From Eledone cirrhosa (taxonomy: Eukaryota), in the NCBI GenBank assembly GCA_964016885.1, contig OZ024740.1, positions 116,560,001-116,624,000 on the forward strand: a DNA stretch of 64,000 nt, given 5' to 3'. The notes under the pieces were generated by a model that saw only the letters and a list, made by a program, of their open reading frames with translations, was not told where the DNA came from and did no database searches. Of this stretch, positions 1 through 13,519 are shown in pieces. Every line of letters begins with the position of its first letter. Position 1 is the stretch's first letter. The position numbers and the translations under genes were made by a program.

Positions 1-1890
1 ACATGGCCTGACACATCAAATGCAAGCCACACTTTACCGGCTTTTTTGCAATTAGATCTGGTGGTCAGGTTGATTTCCGTGCAGATACCTGTCGACCGAG
101 CAATATGATCGAAAGTGGATGTGCAAACATACCACCAAAGTGTAGCAATAGCTAAGCGCAATAAGTGCTTTTTAACCATCTTCACGTTGCATCCTGTGTA
201 CACGTAGCTGGTTAGCGATATCAAAATCGATAACAACACAAGAGTCCATCCCCAGCCGAATTGAACGAAGAATCGATTTAATAGGTTATCCTTGCGAGAG
301 AAATACATTGGCGGTACAACAAACAAATCAGCTATCACAGAAGCTACAAACACACCAACGACATAGATACCGATTTTCACAGAGATGTCCATGAACAGAA
401 CTTTGCGACACAACTTCATGATAACCATAAGTACAAAATGTCCTATATGTGTCGGTTGAGTTAAAACAGGCAACTTGCCGCCGGTAACACTTGCTTTCCT
501 TTGAGTAGGGTTCCTAGTTTTCCGACTGGTACTCCTTTGCATTTGAGAGTTGTTAATTTCTCCTTTTGCGACAGCCATCTTTCCACGACTTTGTTCTGTC
601 ATACAAGAGTTATCTCCCCATCAACTATCTCTTCACATCTTTTTCTACCTCCAATTTATTTCCTATCTGTTGCATTAGAAACATTCGGCCTTAATTAATG
701 ATAGAAATTATTATTCAAAGTATGAAAAGTTGTAGATGAGTGTGCAAATTCGATACTACACTTTACACCGGGTGTATATTAAACTGGATGTTTGTACAAG
801 AATAGAAAATAGTGTACTGACAGTCTATCCAAATGATCGAAGTTGATGCAATATTTTCCAGTTTTTCGACACTCTCTCTTGGAAATTCAGCACAGCTAAA
901 CGTGAACATTTAATTTTTTTTTATCAAATTTATTTTCTCATTTTTTTCTCGTTGATAAAATCATTTGATTTTATAAATGTTCGACATTCACCCGTAGGAT
1001 AATCTAATAATTTTATCAGCCCCCCCCCCCCCCTACACCAAAACAAAGTTAATTGATTAACAAAATTCGACAACGAAAAAGACCGAAGTAATTCGTTAAA
1101 CCCTCATAAGGAAAAGCGTCACCTACTCCTACACGGATTAACGTAATACGTTCATGTGTGTGACGAGTACTAAATCTTTGTTGATATTTTTTTTATTTTT
1201 CTCGTTCGTATTCATAAACTTACAATATACCAACGAGAAAAAAATATCAACACTACACAAGGGTCGACGCTACCATTAATGCCAACTAGGCCTTACTACT
1301 CTATATTTATCACGACTCTTATCGATTAGACGATATGAAAGAATGAGCTCACTATCATTAATGCCAACTAGGCCTTAATGATAGTGCCATTAGAGGACAG
1401 AGAGCATAATTGTAACTTAAAGGATCATAGTTTTATACAAATTTGTATAAAAAGATAAAAAATATAATAAATCGCATGTGATAGTATTGTGGAAATATCC
1501 AAAGTGATGGAGAGGGGCGTATGGTGTGATGACCTGACATATGATTTGACGTGAATCGGCGTGGACTGTGTAGTGGATAAGCGCAGGCTTAGTCATTTTC
1601 TTATATTTTGGTTAGAGAAGGAAGTGTCAAAAACTAGGTTAATCAGTTTACAAAACTGAATTGAATTTACCTTATTTGGGTGAATGGGGCGCATAAAAGG
1701 TAGAAGAGGGCTCATAACTGGGAAAAGGGGCTCACATTGTAGAGCTGGCCTAGGGCGTTGACTATTCAGGTACCGGCGACTCTGACCATGCATAATATTG
1801 TTGTCAAGTAATTTTATTTAATACGCAGGATAAACATTCATTTCGCTTCAAAATAATAATCCTAATGGTACTTTATTTTACAAAGCTGTT

Positions 1891-2577
1891 TATATAAAAC
1901 GAAACACTATTAAAGTGAACAAAGAAAGAAAAGAGGGAACTGAAAAGAAGAAAAGGTAAAAAAGAATCAATCAACGAGAGAGAGAGAGATTACACCCTAA
2001 ACTGAGCGGTGTCTCAGCCGCGCCCTGGCGAACAAAATAGCAAAGGCATTACCGTGGTTTTAAAATATATAGGATGAGTTGGGGTCTCAATATATGAACT
2101 CAGTCTCTCTTATATACACATATATACACCAAGTCCGAACACAGAAGAATCATGGAGACTTTCTGGTGTGCTTGACCCTGGGGCCACCTCCTTGCTCACC
2201 ACCATCGGCACAGAGCTGGCTACGCGCAGGTGTGGGCCTCGCGGACTGGAATTACTCTATCTGTACGTCTTCCTCACCATCCTCCGAGGAAATGCCTACT
2301 CTATTCTTTTTGACGGGAGTTTGGTTCTTCTGTGTTCGGACTTGGTGTATATAAGAGAGAATGAATTCATATATTGAGACCCCAACCCATCCTATCTATT
2401 TTAAAACCACGGTAGTGCCTTTGCTATTTTGTTCGCGGAGCGCGGCTGATACACCGCTCAGATTAGGGTGTAATCTCACCCCCCTCTCTCTCGTTGCTTG
2501 ATTCGTTTTTACCTTTTCTTCTTTTCAGTGCCATCTTTTCTTTCCTTGTTCACTTTAATAGTGTTTTGTTTTATATA
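1891..2577. repeat. Fold-back: ~255 bp diverged inverted arms (1891-2150 / 2324-2577) around a retrotransposon 3' fragment
   Basis: tatataaaacgaaacactattaaagtgaac...ccaagtccgaacacagaaga is the reverse complement of tcttctgtgttcggacttgg...gttcactttaatagtgttttgttttatata, with scattered mismatches. Confidence 0.9.
2152..2315 (+). pseudogene. C-terminal restriction-like endonuclease (RLE) fragment of a CRE-like non-LTR retrotransposon
   Basis: GATSLLTTIGTELATRRCGPRGLELLY..LTILRGNAYSIL resembles the CRE C-terminal motif (..FQRISIAIQRGNA); homologous to 55470-55710. Confidence 0.7.
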
Positions 2578-3736
2578 ACCATTTGCTTACAATAGAGAGA
2601 TTGGGGAGGACGCAGTTAAAATGATTGCAGATAGGGGCTTTCTTCTCTGGCCAAGCCCTCATCAACTTCTTCAGAACTTTTGGAAAAGAAGGTGAATGTG
2701 AAGAGGGAGGTGCTACGTTCCAGTGACTTTTACGAAAGTTGAGTCAATAGGCCTATTTGGAAAATGCGGTTGCAAACAGAACGTAAGGATTTGGAAGATG
2801 GCAATTTTGAATGCTTCTTTGCTGCAGACTAATCCGGGACACTGTCTTGAATTACCCACACCCCTACTGAATTCCTTGTTGATATTTTATTGTCATCTAT
2901 TGTTAATCAATTTAACCCTCCCCGCCTTCTGGCCTTTTACGTTCTGAGGTCAACTTTGCCTTTCATCCCTCAGAGGTCAATAAAATAATGTAATTGTCAA
3001 ACACTGAGAGGAGGTTTAATCGGCTTTCCTGTACCTCAAAATTTGCTGGCTTTGTGCCTAAATAAGAAACCATTATTATTGTTTAAAAGAAAAAAAAAGA
3101 AGCAGAATCAGGTATAGTGCCAGTAATAATAGCTACTAACTTATATTTAACCATTATAGAGTCGAAAATAAAACTACAAGCAAAATAAGGTACGGATTGT
3201 CTCCCCTGAGAGGAGATGGCACAGTTTTCTTATGGCAAAAATATTTGTAACTACAAGTGTGGTGTAGAGTATCAAACTGCTTTGTTTCTATTTCTGAAGG
3301 AAGTTGCCTTGCTACTGCACTGTAACAGAACAGACGCTACTTCTTGTGTAACATAGTAAGAGGGCGTGGGTGGTGTGTGTGTGTGTGAGGGAGAGATGGA
3401 GAGAGAGAGAGCCGGAGAAAGAAAGAGAAAAGGAGATAGAGAGAGAATATAAGAATATATAGTAAGAGGGTGTAGGAGGTGTGAGTGTGTGAAAGAGAGA
3501 GAGAGAGATAATATAAGAATAGGTAATAAGGTGTAGGAGGTGAAAATATATAGTAAGGGGATGTAGATGAGGATGAGTAATGAAAGGGTGTAGGTAGGTG
3601 AAGAGTAAGGTGTGAAGAACGAGAGAAGTTTCTCAGTGATGCCGTCTGCTGTCTGCTGTCTGGTGACAGTGTTCATTGGCAGAAGGTTACCTTGAATACA
3701 TCTACATTCATGCAAGGATCTTGTGGGTTTGACACT

Positions 3737-3816
<80 letters not shown>

Positions 3817-4416
3817 GTATATATATATATATATTATGTGTGTGTTAAGTTTATACATGTGCGGTTCCTTATATGCAGAATACAGGTTTATGCAAACATA
3901 AATCTGTGTGTGTGTGCGTGTGTTAAGCTTATGTATGTGTGTGTATGAGTTATGCTTATGCATACTTTTATACATTTGCATATGTGCGAGTCTACCTATG
4001 CCTGTATATGTGTATATATTTGTGTGTATGTATGTGTTTTAAGATATGCAGGCATATGTTTATGTATATTTATGTATATAGATTTATTTATCTGGTATCG
4101 TGTGTATATGTGCATGTGCATTTATGTGTGTGTATGTGCAATAATATATAAACTCAACGTTTTTATTTCTGAGAAAAGAGGGCACCGTGATATAGTGCCT
4201 GTATAGAGAGTGTTTAATATGCATGTATGTATGTATGTATGTATGTATGTATGTATGTATGTATGCATGTGTATGTATATGCGCTAGTATATATACTCGC
4301 GCATATACATACACATGCATGCATACATACATACATACATACATACATACATACATACATACATACATACATGTATATACTCGCGCATATACATTCACAT
4401 ACATACATACATACAT

Positions 4417-5260
4417 TCAAGTGCAGACTCTTCAGAACTAACATCGAGGATGTCACCCATGTCATCAGCAGCTGTCCAAAGATGTCATCGCGGTACTATC
4501 TACCTATGAGGCATGATGTAGTGACAAAAACATTGTTAAATGCACTTCGTAAAAAAGGTAGCCCCGATAATAAACACATTAAAAGCTACAGCAATGTGGA
4601 AGACATACATGTACATAATATGAAAGAGTACTAGTGGAATGTTCCAGTAAAACCCCCAATAAAATGCAGGCATAACAGACCAGATATTATGATATGGGAC
4701 AGGGAGAAGAAAGCATGCACAGTAATGGAAATTACCTGCCCAGCAGATGCCAATATAATATCAAAGATTAGCGAAAAGGAGAATATTTATGCAGAACTGA
4801 TGAGAAATCTGCAGATACTCCAGTCTGATTACACCTTCAGATTTATACCTGTGATTATTGGGGCTCTGGGATATGTTAGTAACTGCCTCAATACAAATCT
4901 TGAGAAGCTAGGCTTCACAGGAACAGAAAGAACACAACTAGTTCGGAAATTAGAAGTACAATCCATTAATGGAACAGTAAAAATATGTAAAACATTCCAA
5001 ACATTTTGCATCTAATAACTGCATATACACATGTACAGATACAAAGCATATACACATGCACACATACAACTCAAAACATCCACATCCACACATACAATAA
5101 CATCCATATCTGCACATGCATACATACATATCTACCTATTTGATGTTGTGTAAATTCCAATGAGAGAGTCTTGTGTCTATGTTAGAAACCGACTCTCTTT
5201 ATTGGTAAAACTTTGTGAAATTATAAAACCAGAGAACATACATACATACATACATACATA
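4417..5260 (+). mobile_element. 5'-truncated R4/Dong-like RLE non-LTR retrotransposon in a (TACA)n tract
   Basis: Zn-knuckle remnant CRLF..EDVTHVISSC..Y..RHD, then RPDIMIWD..E.TCP..K..K..Y..FIPVIIGALG; in-frame stop at 4632-4634; (TACA)n on both sides. Confidence 0.85.
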
Positions 5261-5633
5261 CATGGTGGCTGCCAACTCGTTCTCGAGTACGGCCACTACT
5301 TTATATCCATGTAGGAGAACTCCTACCGATGCGCTGAACGAATGTGACTTTAGTCCAGCCAGCGACTTGAAAACTCTGGTACAAACACTACACTTGTGAT
5401 AATCACTGACACATAGTGCTAGGCCCATGGTACCATGTGACGACAAGTGCAGAGAGATCTCCAGATATAAAGCAATGCCTGTGCCGTGAAGCTTTTATAG
5501 TGAGCAAAGGCACTGCACAAAGCCAGTCCCACTCTCTTAACCAAGATGATATTTACCAAAAAGAAGAACAAGTCAACATCATTGGATACCATCAGAGTTG
5601 CAGGTGTTATATCAGTTTTCCTTCTCCTAGAAT
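5261..5633 (-). mobile_element. Non-autonomous RTE-derived element (5'UTR piece plus 3' Zn-finger end)
   Basis: Minus strand begins ttctaggagaaggaaaact (RTE 5'UTR-like), encodes CSVCTRVFKSLAGLKSH, ends ctcgagaacgagttggcagccacc followed by (ATGT)n. Confidence 0.65.
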
Positions 5634-6339
5634 TCATACATACATACATACATACATACATACATACATACATACATACATACATACATACATGCATACA
5701 TACATACATACATACATACATACATACATACATACACATGCATACATACATACATACATACATACATACATACATACATACATACATACATGCATATTAA
5801 ACACTCTCTATACAGGCACTATATCACGGTGCCCTCTTTTCTCAGAAAAAAAAACGTTGAGTTTATATATTATTGCGCATACACACACATAAATGCACAT
5901 GCACATATACACACATGATACCAGATAAATAAATCTATATACATAAATATACATAAACATATGCCTGCATATCTTATAATACATACATACACACAAATAT
6001 ATACACATATACAGGCATAGGTAGACTCGTACATATGCAAATGTATAAAAGTATGCATAAGCATAACTCATATACACATACACCCGCACAAACGCACACA
6101 TGCATCATAAGCTTAACACACGCACACACACACAGATTTATGTTTGCATAAACCTGTATTCTGCATATAAGGAACCGCACATGTATAAACTTAACACACA
6201 CATGCACACACACGCGCACACACATAATATATATATACACACACATACATACATATGTATATACATATATAAATGTATGCATGTGTCTGTATATGCGTGG
6301 CGAGATAGAAATAATCGGGCTCTATACCCGATCGTGCGG

Positions 6340-6650
6340 TTAAACCACTGGAAGAGAAGGACCCCTAGCCCTTGTCAGGGCATACTTCTAGGAGAAGGCA
6401 ACTCAGGAAACTGAGATAACTCCAACATAAAACCTGTGGCTCAGTAGTTACCGATGATGTTGATCTTTTCTTCTTTTCAGGTTATATCTATTGTCACTCA
6501 GAGAGTGGGATTGGCTCAGTGCACAGTCTTTCCTCACTTTAAAAAAATCTTCACGCACAGGCATTGCATAATAGCATTGATTAATAATTATTAATAATGT
6601 TATATCGTGCAATGGCCATCCTCGATAACGAGGGGGCAGCCATCATTTAT
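6340..6650 (+). mobile_element. Second copy of the RTE-derived non-autonomous family
   Basis: ttctaggagaaggcaactc...gatgatgttga...agagagtgggattggc...cacaggcattgc...ctcgataacgagggggcagccatcat shared with 5261-5633. Confidence 0.65.
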
Positions 6651-6874
6651 GTATATATGTGTGCATGTATGTATGCATGTTTGTATGTATATGTATACAT
6701 GTATGCATGTATGGGATTAGTTCATATACATATGCACTAATATACTTTTATGAATCTGTATTACTGCAATGTATGAATAAATGTATAAATCCATGTGTAA
6801 AAGTCAAACTATTTAGAGATTCAAGTGTTTAGCGATAAATTTCACAATTGGTTAATAAAATTATGTACCCCTTG

Positions 6875-6908
<34 letters not shown>

Positions 6909-6951
6909 AAATTATGTACCCCTCGTATATATATATATATGCATATATATA

Positions 6952-7010
<59 letters not shown>

Positions 7011-7020
<10 letters not shown>

Positions 7021-7610
7021 AGATCAAAAGATGGTTAAAAGAGTTCCATGTATTTTATTATGCGCATTTCAAAAACAAATATCATCATGCAATAACATTT
7101 GTGTTTTCATCAGATAAAATAGGAAGACATGATATGAAGGTTAAAATACACTTGTGAATAGTGCAGTTTTAAATCAACAATATGTTGATTTAAAACTGCA
7201 CTATTCACAAGTGTATTTTAACCTTCATATCATGTCTTCCTATTTTATCTGATGATAACATTTGTGTTTTCATCAGATAAAATAGGAAGACATGATATGA
7301 AGGTTAAAATACACTTGTGGATAGTTCAGTTTTAAATCAACATATCAACATATGTTGATTTAAAACTGAACTATCCACAAGTGTTTTTTAACCTTCATAT
7401 CATGTCTTCATGTTTTATCTGATGAAAACACAAATATTATTGCATGATGATATTTGTTTTTGAAATGCGCATAATAAAATACATGGAACTCTTTTAACCA
7501 TCTTTTGTTCTTATATATTATGTATACTCCAGTCCTACAAACTGTAGAGTGCTTATTATCCGATATCTGCATTGCTTTATTGTACTACAATAAAACTCAC
7601 CTCCTACATA
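7011..7610. mobile_element. Non-coding double fold-back element with HHR, between (TA)n tracts
   Basis: Outer arms 7011-7179 / ~7352-7521, inner palindrome centres ~7181 and ~7345, single-copy tail 7522-7610. Confidence 0.85.
7413..7479 (+). ncRNA. Minimal type-I hammerhead ribozyme
   Basis: ttttat-CTGATGA-stem II (aaacacaaatatt..gatatttgttttt)-GAAA-tgcgca-TA-ataaaa; antisense copy at ~7042-7108. Confidence 0.85.
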
Positions 7611-7629
7611 TATATATATATATATATAT

Positions 7630-8152
7630 ATGATGACTGCAAACACTGTTAAGAGTACTGCAATCGCTTGTCAGATTATAGAGTTTGGTGTACTTTTAGG
7701 CTATGGCCAGTCACACAAACCTGTAACATATCCTGAACAAGCAATGCCTGTGCTTTAAAGGTTTTTTAGGTGGGGAAAGGCCTTACATTCGACCAATCCC
7801 ACTCTCTGAGCATCGAAAAGACTACCCGAAAAGGAGAACTGGTCAACATCATCGGAAGCTTCCAAAGCCGCAGGTTTTTTTTTTCAGAGTTTCCCTCTCC
7901 TAGAAAGGTGCTGTGACAACAACTGGGGGCCTTTCACTCCCAGGTGAAAAAAAGTGCTATTTGGATGGCCGTTGACTCTGCAGAGTTCCTCCGCTCTTTG
8001 CCGAGTATTGTATTTCATTCAGCAGGGTGTCCAAATACCACCCTCCTCACCAAGCTAGCTTGGTGAGGTTGTCGGTTTAATCGCCGACGACCTGACCATG
8101 AGACAGGTTGTACTGGGTTACATGTTACCAGTAGCACCTGAGAGCAACCTGG

Positions 8153-8155
<3 letters not shown>
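7630..8155 (-). mobile_element. Third, longer copy of the RTE-derived non-autonomous family
   Basis: aagcaatgcctgtgc, ccaatcccactctct, gtcaacatcat and tctcctagaa blocks match 5470-5633. Confidence 0.55.
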
Positions 8156-8230
<75 letters not shown>

Positions 8231-8251
8231 TATATATATATATATATATAT

Positions 8252-8445
8252 ATAACGAAGGAAGTGTGGTAAGGAACCAGGTGGACCATAACGCACCAGA
8301 GTACTCGATACTTTGGGTAGTAGAGTGAGTAATAGGAAAAGGTTCAGGACCCCGACGGCAAAGCTCAAGCCGTTTCTGGACAAAATGAGTCCAGAAATAG
8401 CCGTCGAAACGGCTTGAGCTCTGCCGTCGGGGTCCTGAACCTTTT

Positions 8446-8450
<5 letters not shown>
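8252..8450. mobile_element. Short fold-back element (45 bp arms 8332-8376 / 8406-8450) between (TA)n tracts
   Basis: Arms are reverse complements with one mismatch; they carry the GAAAC half of an HHR-like motif; single-copy tail contains gagtactc. Confidence 0.75.
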
Positions 8451-8511
<61 letters not shown>

Positions 8512-8997
8512 TAGTCTCGCTCTCTGAATATAAGAAGTAGAAAAAATCTCAATCGACCGCTCGACCGAGACAATTATTGGAATTTCAAGCCATTCGAAAC
8601 AATTTGAGACAACGTAGTGAGAGTGGACTGTGTCTATAAATCATTTTTGCGAAGTCAACGAACATATTTCGATATTATTAGATTTCCTCAGCGAAGCATA
8701 TTCCCTCAGCAAATTTACTAGACAGAATATTTTCAAATATATAGGAAACGGGATTATGCCTGTCAACAAAAGAGGGTTTGGAAATGCCTAAAGGGAGCAC
8801 TGTGCATTAAATTCGTATATCAATTTAGCATTTCGCTATCTGAATATATCGATAGAAACAAAACTTCGAGACTATACGTTTACTCCCCCCCCCCCCACAC
8901 ATACTTCGCCAACTTTTTGTAAACATTTAATTTAATTCTGTAGAGTTATTTCCCATTGATCGTTCGACTCTCTCTCCCTCTCTCTTTCTACGCATGA

Positions 8998-9041
<44 letters not shown>

Positions 9042-9175
9042 CATACATACGTATAAATGTAAGTATGCGAGAATAAAATTCTAATTTTATTTATATATAT
9101 TCATATTAAAAAACAAAATGTGTTTACTTGTAAACACACTGAATATCAATAATATCATATTGTAATATTATTATT

Positions 9176-10060
9176 ACGGTCCTTGCCATTCTGAGTTCAA
9201 ATCCAGCCGAGGTTAACTTTGCCTTTCATCCTTACGGGGTCGATAAAATAAAGTAACAGTAATACACTGGGTAATTGCTGGCCTTGTGCCAAAAAGTGGA
9301 AACAATTATTATTATTATTCATTGACAAATACATTTAGATATCCGTCACGTAAAGAGCGAAAACAAATTTTGTGTTTTAATTTTCGGCCGTAAAATCGGG
9401 CGTAAAATCGCTCGGTATGCAAATGAGGCTAATCAGCCGATGTATACATTCGAGAATACAATGTATTCCCAGTAGTTCCAGTGGGTAGCAAGCGAGGAGA
9501 ATACACAATCTTGACAATGAGCAAGACACTCCGAAACAATTGTCAATTGTCGATTGTTTTCTCTCTGCTACCGCTGGAACAAAAGGATGACGTCGTCATC
9601 TACCATGTGGTGTTTTATGAGGCTGTTTACTTATAAACAAACCGAATATTAATAATATTATGATATTATTATAAGGGTGGTGGAGGGTCGGACGCCATGC
9701 TTTGCAGCAAAGAGTTACGGCCCTTTATGGTCTGAGTTCAAATCCCGCCGAAGTTAACTTTGCCTTTCATCCTTACGGGGTCGATAAAATAAAGTACCAG
9801 TAATGTACTGGGTAATTGCTGGCCTTGTGCCAAAAGTAGAAACAATTATTATAAGGGTGGTGGATTGGTAGTATCGGTAGAGGGTCGGACGCCATGATTT
9901 TAAGCATAGAGTTACGGCTCTTTACGGTCTGAGTTCAAACCCCAAGGTTAACTTTGCCTTTCATCCTTACGGGGTCGATAAAATAAAGCACCAGTAATGT
10001 ACTGGGATAATTGCTGGCCTTGTGCCAAATGTAGAAACAATTATTATAATATTATTATTA
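9176..10060 (+). mobile_element. tRNA-derived SINE copies (9176-9320, 9672-9852, 9853-10060), the last two in tandem
   Basis: B-box-like gagttcaaatcc, conserved core gttaactttgcctttcatccttacggggtcgataaaataaagtaccag, tail gaaacaattattatt. Confidence 0.9.
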
Positions 10061-10099
10061 TTTCCTCACGAATAGCAGGGATTTTGATCTCAGTACCCC

Positions 10100-10585
10100 G
10101 GTACGTTATCGTACTAACGTGTCATAACATGTTCTGACATGAACCTTTAATTGCATGTTGCAACGTGGCGCCGCCACTCGGAAGTCAGCACGCGCTCGAG
10201 CAACATGGCCTCCATCAAAACTTCAAATTCATGGTAAAGCTAGGGTGGAAGAGCAGCCAAATCATTGATGCTCTGGAGCAAGTTTATGGGGACAATGCCC
10301 GAAAGAAATTAACAACCTACAAATGGATAAGTGGTTTTAGAAGTGGAAGAGATGAGGTTGAAGATAATCCCCAGTTGAAGATGTAAAAAAAAACAAAAGA
10401 AAAAAACTGTTTTGACATGGTTTAAATCTTATGGCCCTCAGTTTTACACAGATGGACTTAAAGGCTGGTATGAACGCTTGCAGAAGTGTATTCACCTAGA
10501 TGGAGAATATGTTGAAAAATAAGCATCAAAACTGAAACCGTTTTTTTCAACTGTCCTTTTTCCATGAACCTTTTGAAGCCCTTTT
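10100..10585 (+). mobile_element. Internally deleted mariner transposon
   Basis: N-terminal HTH FKFMVKLGWKSSQIIDALEQVYGDNA..YKW..F.SGR..VED is joined almost directly to C-terminal FYTDGLKGWYERLQKCIHLDGEYVEK*; right TIR-like ttttccatgaaccttttgaagccc. Confidence 0.85.
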
Positions 10586-10887
10586 ATTATGTGTTGCTGG
10601 CCTTTATACAGTAAATCCTATTTTTTATGTCTAAAAATAATTTTTCTTATTTTGTAATAGTTTTTCAAAACAAAGCTAATTTACATTTACTAATGTCTTC
10701 AGATAATTCATCTGTATATATAAAAATCTGTTTTTTGTTAATTTGTTACATATAGCAAATGAAATGTTTGGTTTCACAAATTTTAAAATAACTTCATACT
10801 AACCAATTTTTCTACAAGAAAATTAATAGCGCTATTCTTTCGCTATTTGGTATAAATTTAATGAGGAATCTTTAATCATTATTGTAG

Positions 10888-11080
10888 TGTGTGGATTGGC
10901 AGTATCGGTAGAGAGTCAGACCCCATGCTTTGACGCAAAGAATTACGACCCTTTCCATTCTGAGTTCAAATCCCGCCGAGGTTAACTTTGCCTTTCATCC
11001 TTACGGGGTCGATAAAATAAAGTACCAGTAATACACTGGTTATTTGCTGGCCTTGTGCCAAAAGTAGAAACAATTATTGT
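10888..11080 (+). mobile_element. tRNA-derived SINE, same family as 9176-10060
   Basis: gtggattggcagtatcggtag...gagttcaaatcccgccgaggttaac...gaaacaattatt. Confidence 0.9.
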
Positions 11081-13519
11081 AGTGTTTTTACGTAATGAAT
11101 TTATACAATATTTCATTACACCTTGAATTATCTCCCTTGCTCTGTGAAAGTTAAATATTTCACCAGTTATATTTAGGTAGAACCTTCATTTTCCATTCAA
11201 TAATAGTGTTATAAACGCAGGCAGTCTTTTTTTTTAACAGTCGAATTCAGTGACTTCCGAATTGAATTCATGGATTTCCAAGGTAGGGTTAGAAAAATAG
11301 GAAATTTATTTCATGTAAAACTTTAACAAAATGTTAAAGTTTTATTAATTTTTTAATACAAATAATGCACAGATATAGTCCATTATTCCTGAGAAAGGAT
11401 ACTCGGATCTGAGATCCTTTAATGATTGTTCAAATCCATTATTGGGAAAGATACAATGCCATAATTATGCAGGAAAGTAAACTGTGTCTCGTGTATTTCA
11501 TGTTAATCATTCTAACTATTAACACTTAATACATTTGGATAGTTAATAACCATGCTTTCTCACGTTAATTACAAATGTAATAAACAAATATTTGGTGGAT
11601 AAAACTTCAATAATGACATCATACTGGCTATTTTACAGATTTTAACTCAGAACGTAAAGGGCTGATTATATGCCGTAAAGCATGTTGTCCGACGCTCTAC
11701 CGATACTGCCATTTCGTGGATAAAACTTCAATAATATCAACATCACACTGGTTGCTTTACAGAATGTAACCAGTAATCTACTGTCTGAAAAAATATTTCA
11801 TTTTATTTACAAAGGTAAACACTATCACTATTTTTATTTGGAAAAGTTTCAGTTTCAGGTTCAGGAATTCCTAGAAATGAAGGAATGATGTTTCTTTGGA
11901 CGATTTGATTAATTAAAAAAAAAAAAAAACACTTATACTAAATAAATATATATTGAATCGTTTTTTAACTGTATTTTCATAACAAAGAATATAAATGTTG
12001 TTTCAATCAGTATATTTAGGCTGAATTTCCATTATTCTTTTGCAGGAAATTAACCACACACTGAGTCATCACTTCCCCAAGCAATACCGGGTATTACTGC
12101 TAGTTTAATACAAAACTGATACTTGTTAACATTTCATACTCTCATGGCTGTATCAAAACAACATCTAAAGATATTTTCAGGAATAGGTTCTTGGAACGGA
12201 AGGTGACAAATTGATGAGTTGGTAGAGTGACATATTGGTAGGTTGACAAATTGGTAAAGTGAAAAATTGGTAGATTCGTTACAACGTTCGTTTAAATGTC
12301 TCGGTATTTGTTCCGACTGACTCCACCCCGAGTTCAAATCCTGCCTTTCATCCATTCGAGGCCAATAAATAATGAACAAGCCCATTACTGGAGTCAATTC
12401 TTCCTCTATCTCTCTCTAACACATTTTCGCGCGATCTCTTTCTCTTCTTCTCCCGAAGAAATCAGTTGTGTTCAAAGCTGGAGAGGGATGTGTTCCACCT
12501 GATTTAAAATGCCCCAGACACATAGTGTGATAGGACGGCACTTCTACGATTTCACCAGGAATTAAAGCCCTTTCCTCTTCCTTGGAACGGAATCTGGGTT
12601 TTAAGTAAAGAATTCGTTTACTGACCAATTGGCGGTATGAGAAGCCGGGTGGAACGGAACCGCGTCGTTAAGTGAGGAGTGGCTGTATTAAGATTTACAT
12701 TTTTTTATTCACTGAAACTGTTCCCAATACCCAAATAACTAGGAATATTGGGAGGAATTGAGTTATATCCAACGAACTACGTGTCGGTGTGTACAATTCT
12801 GTTGCTGATTACAGTAGTCAAATATACTATTCTATGGCCAGGGCCTATACGAAGAGCTTCAGCTGGTATATCGGCTAGGAGCCTGGAAAGTCAAGTGGAC
12901 CCCGTAAATATATGACGTTTCTTTCACGCAAAAAGTAAACACGCAAAAACTATCAGTCTGCATGAATTTTGGGAGGAACAACATTCATTACACATCTGAG
13001 GAAACCGAAGACAGTTAAGTTTCATCTTGCAAAATATTTCTCGGAGGACCTGTTTGTATTACCTACCTATTGCTATAACAACATATAAGCTGCTGAATTT
13101 TAAGCTAGATTTTTCGTATTATATCTCCTCGAAAACTTCCAAATCTGTAAAGCTTGTCTTGGATTGGATGTCATATGGGATATTTGAGATGCCTTCAGAT
13201 CTTTGCAAAATGAGGTTCAAATCTTGTTTTATATACATTACAGTTGGGATTACAATGCTATATCCAACAACGGCATTCCTTCTGATCCATGCCATTGAAC
13301 GTTAATTATATCCTATTGTTGTATGTTTCCTGATGAAGTAGAAATCAATTATTCTCGAGATCTATTTGTATTAAGGCGATATTTGAAGTTAGCATTCATT
13401 CGAAAAAAAAAAAGGATTTATTGTCAAAATACTAATATATAAATATATAATAGGTATTCACGTCAATTGTAGATCATTTGACGTTAATATAACTTTACGT
13501 ATTTTAAAGGTCGATTTAT

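Larger units (their letters stand above)
3834..6200. repeat. Large microsatellite-rich inverted repeat (arms ~3834-4260 / ~5750-6200) interrupted by nested retroelements
   Basis: ctgagaaaagagggcaccgtgatatagtgcctgtatagagagtgtttaatatgcatg (4169-4225) is inverted at about 5788-5845; similarity continues for ~400 bp. Confidence 0.9.

Noticed and set aside
1-700. Higher-complexity sequence, possibly a transposon remnant
   Set aside because: No recognisable motif in the frames I examined
9672-9760. tRNA gene-like A/B boxes
   Set aside because: Heads of a multi-copy SINE; no full cloverleaf evident
13326-13350. Isolated CTGATGA (also at 54391)
   Set aside because: No convincing stem II, GAAA and stem I arrangement
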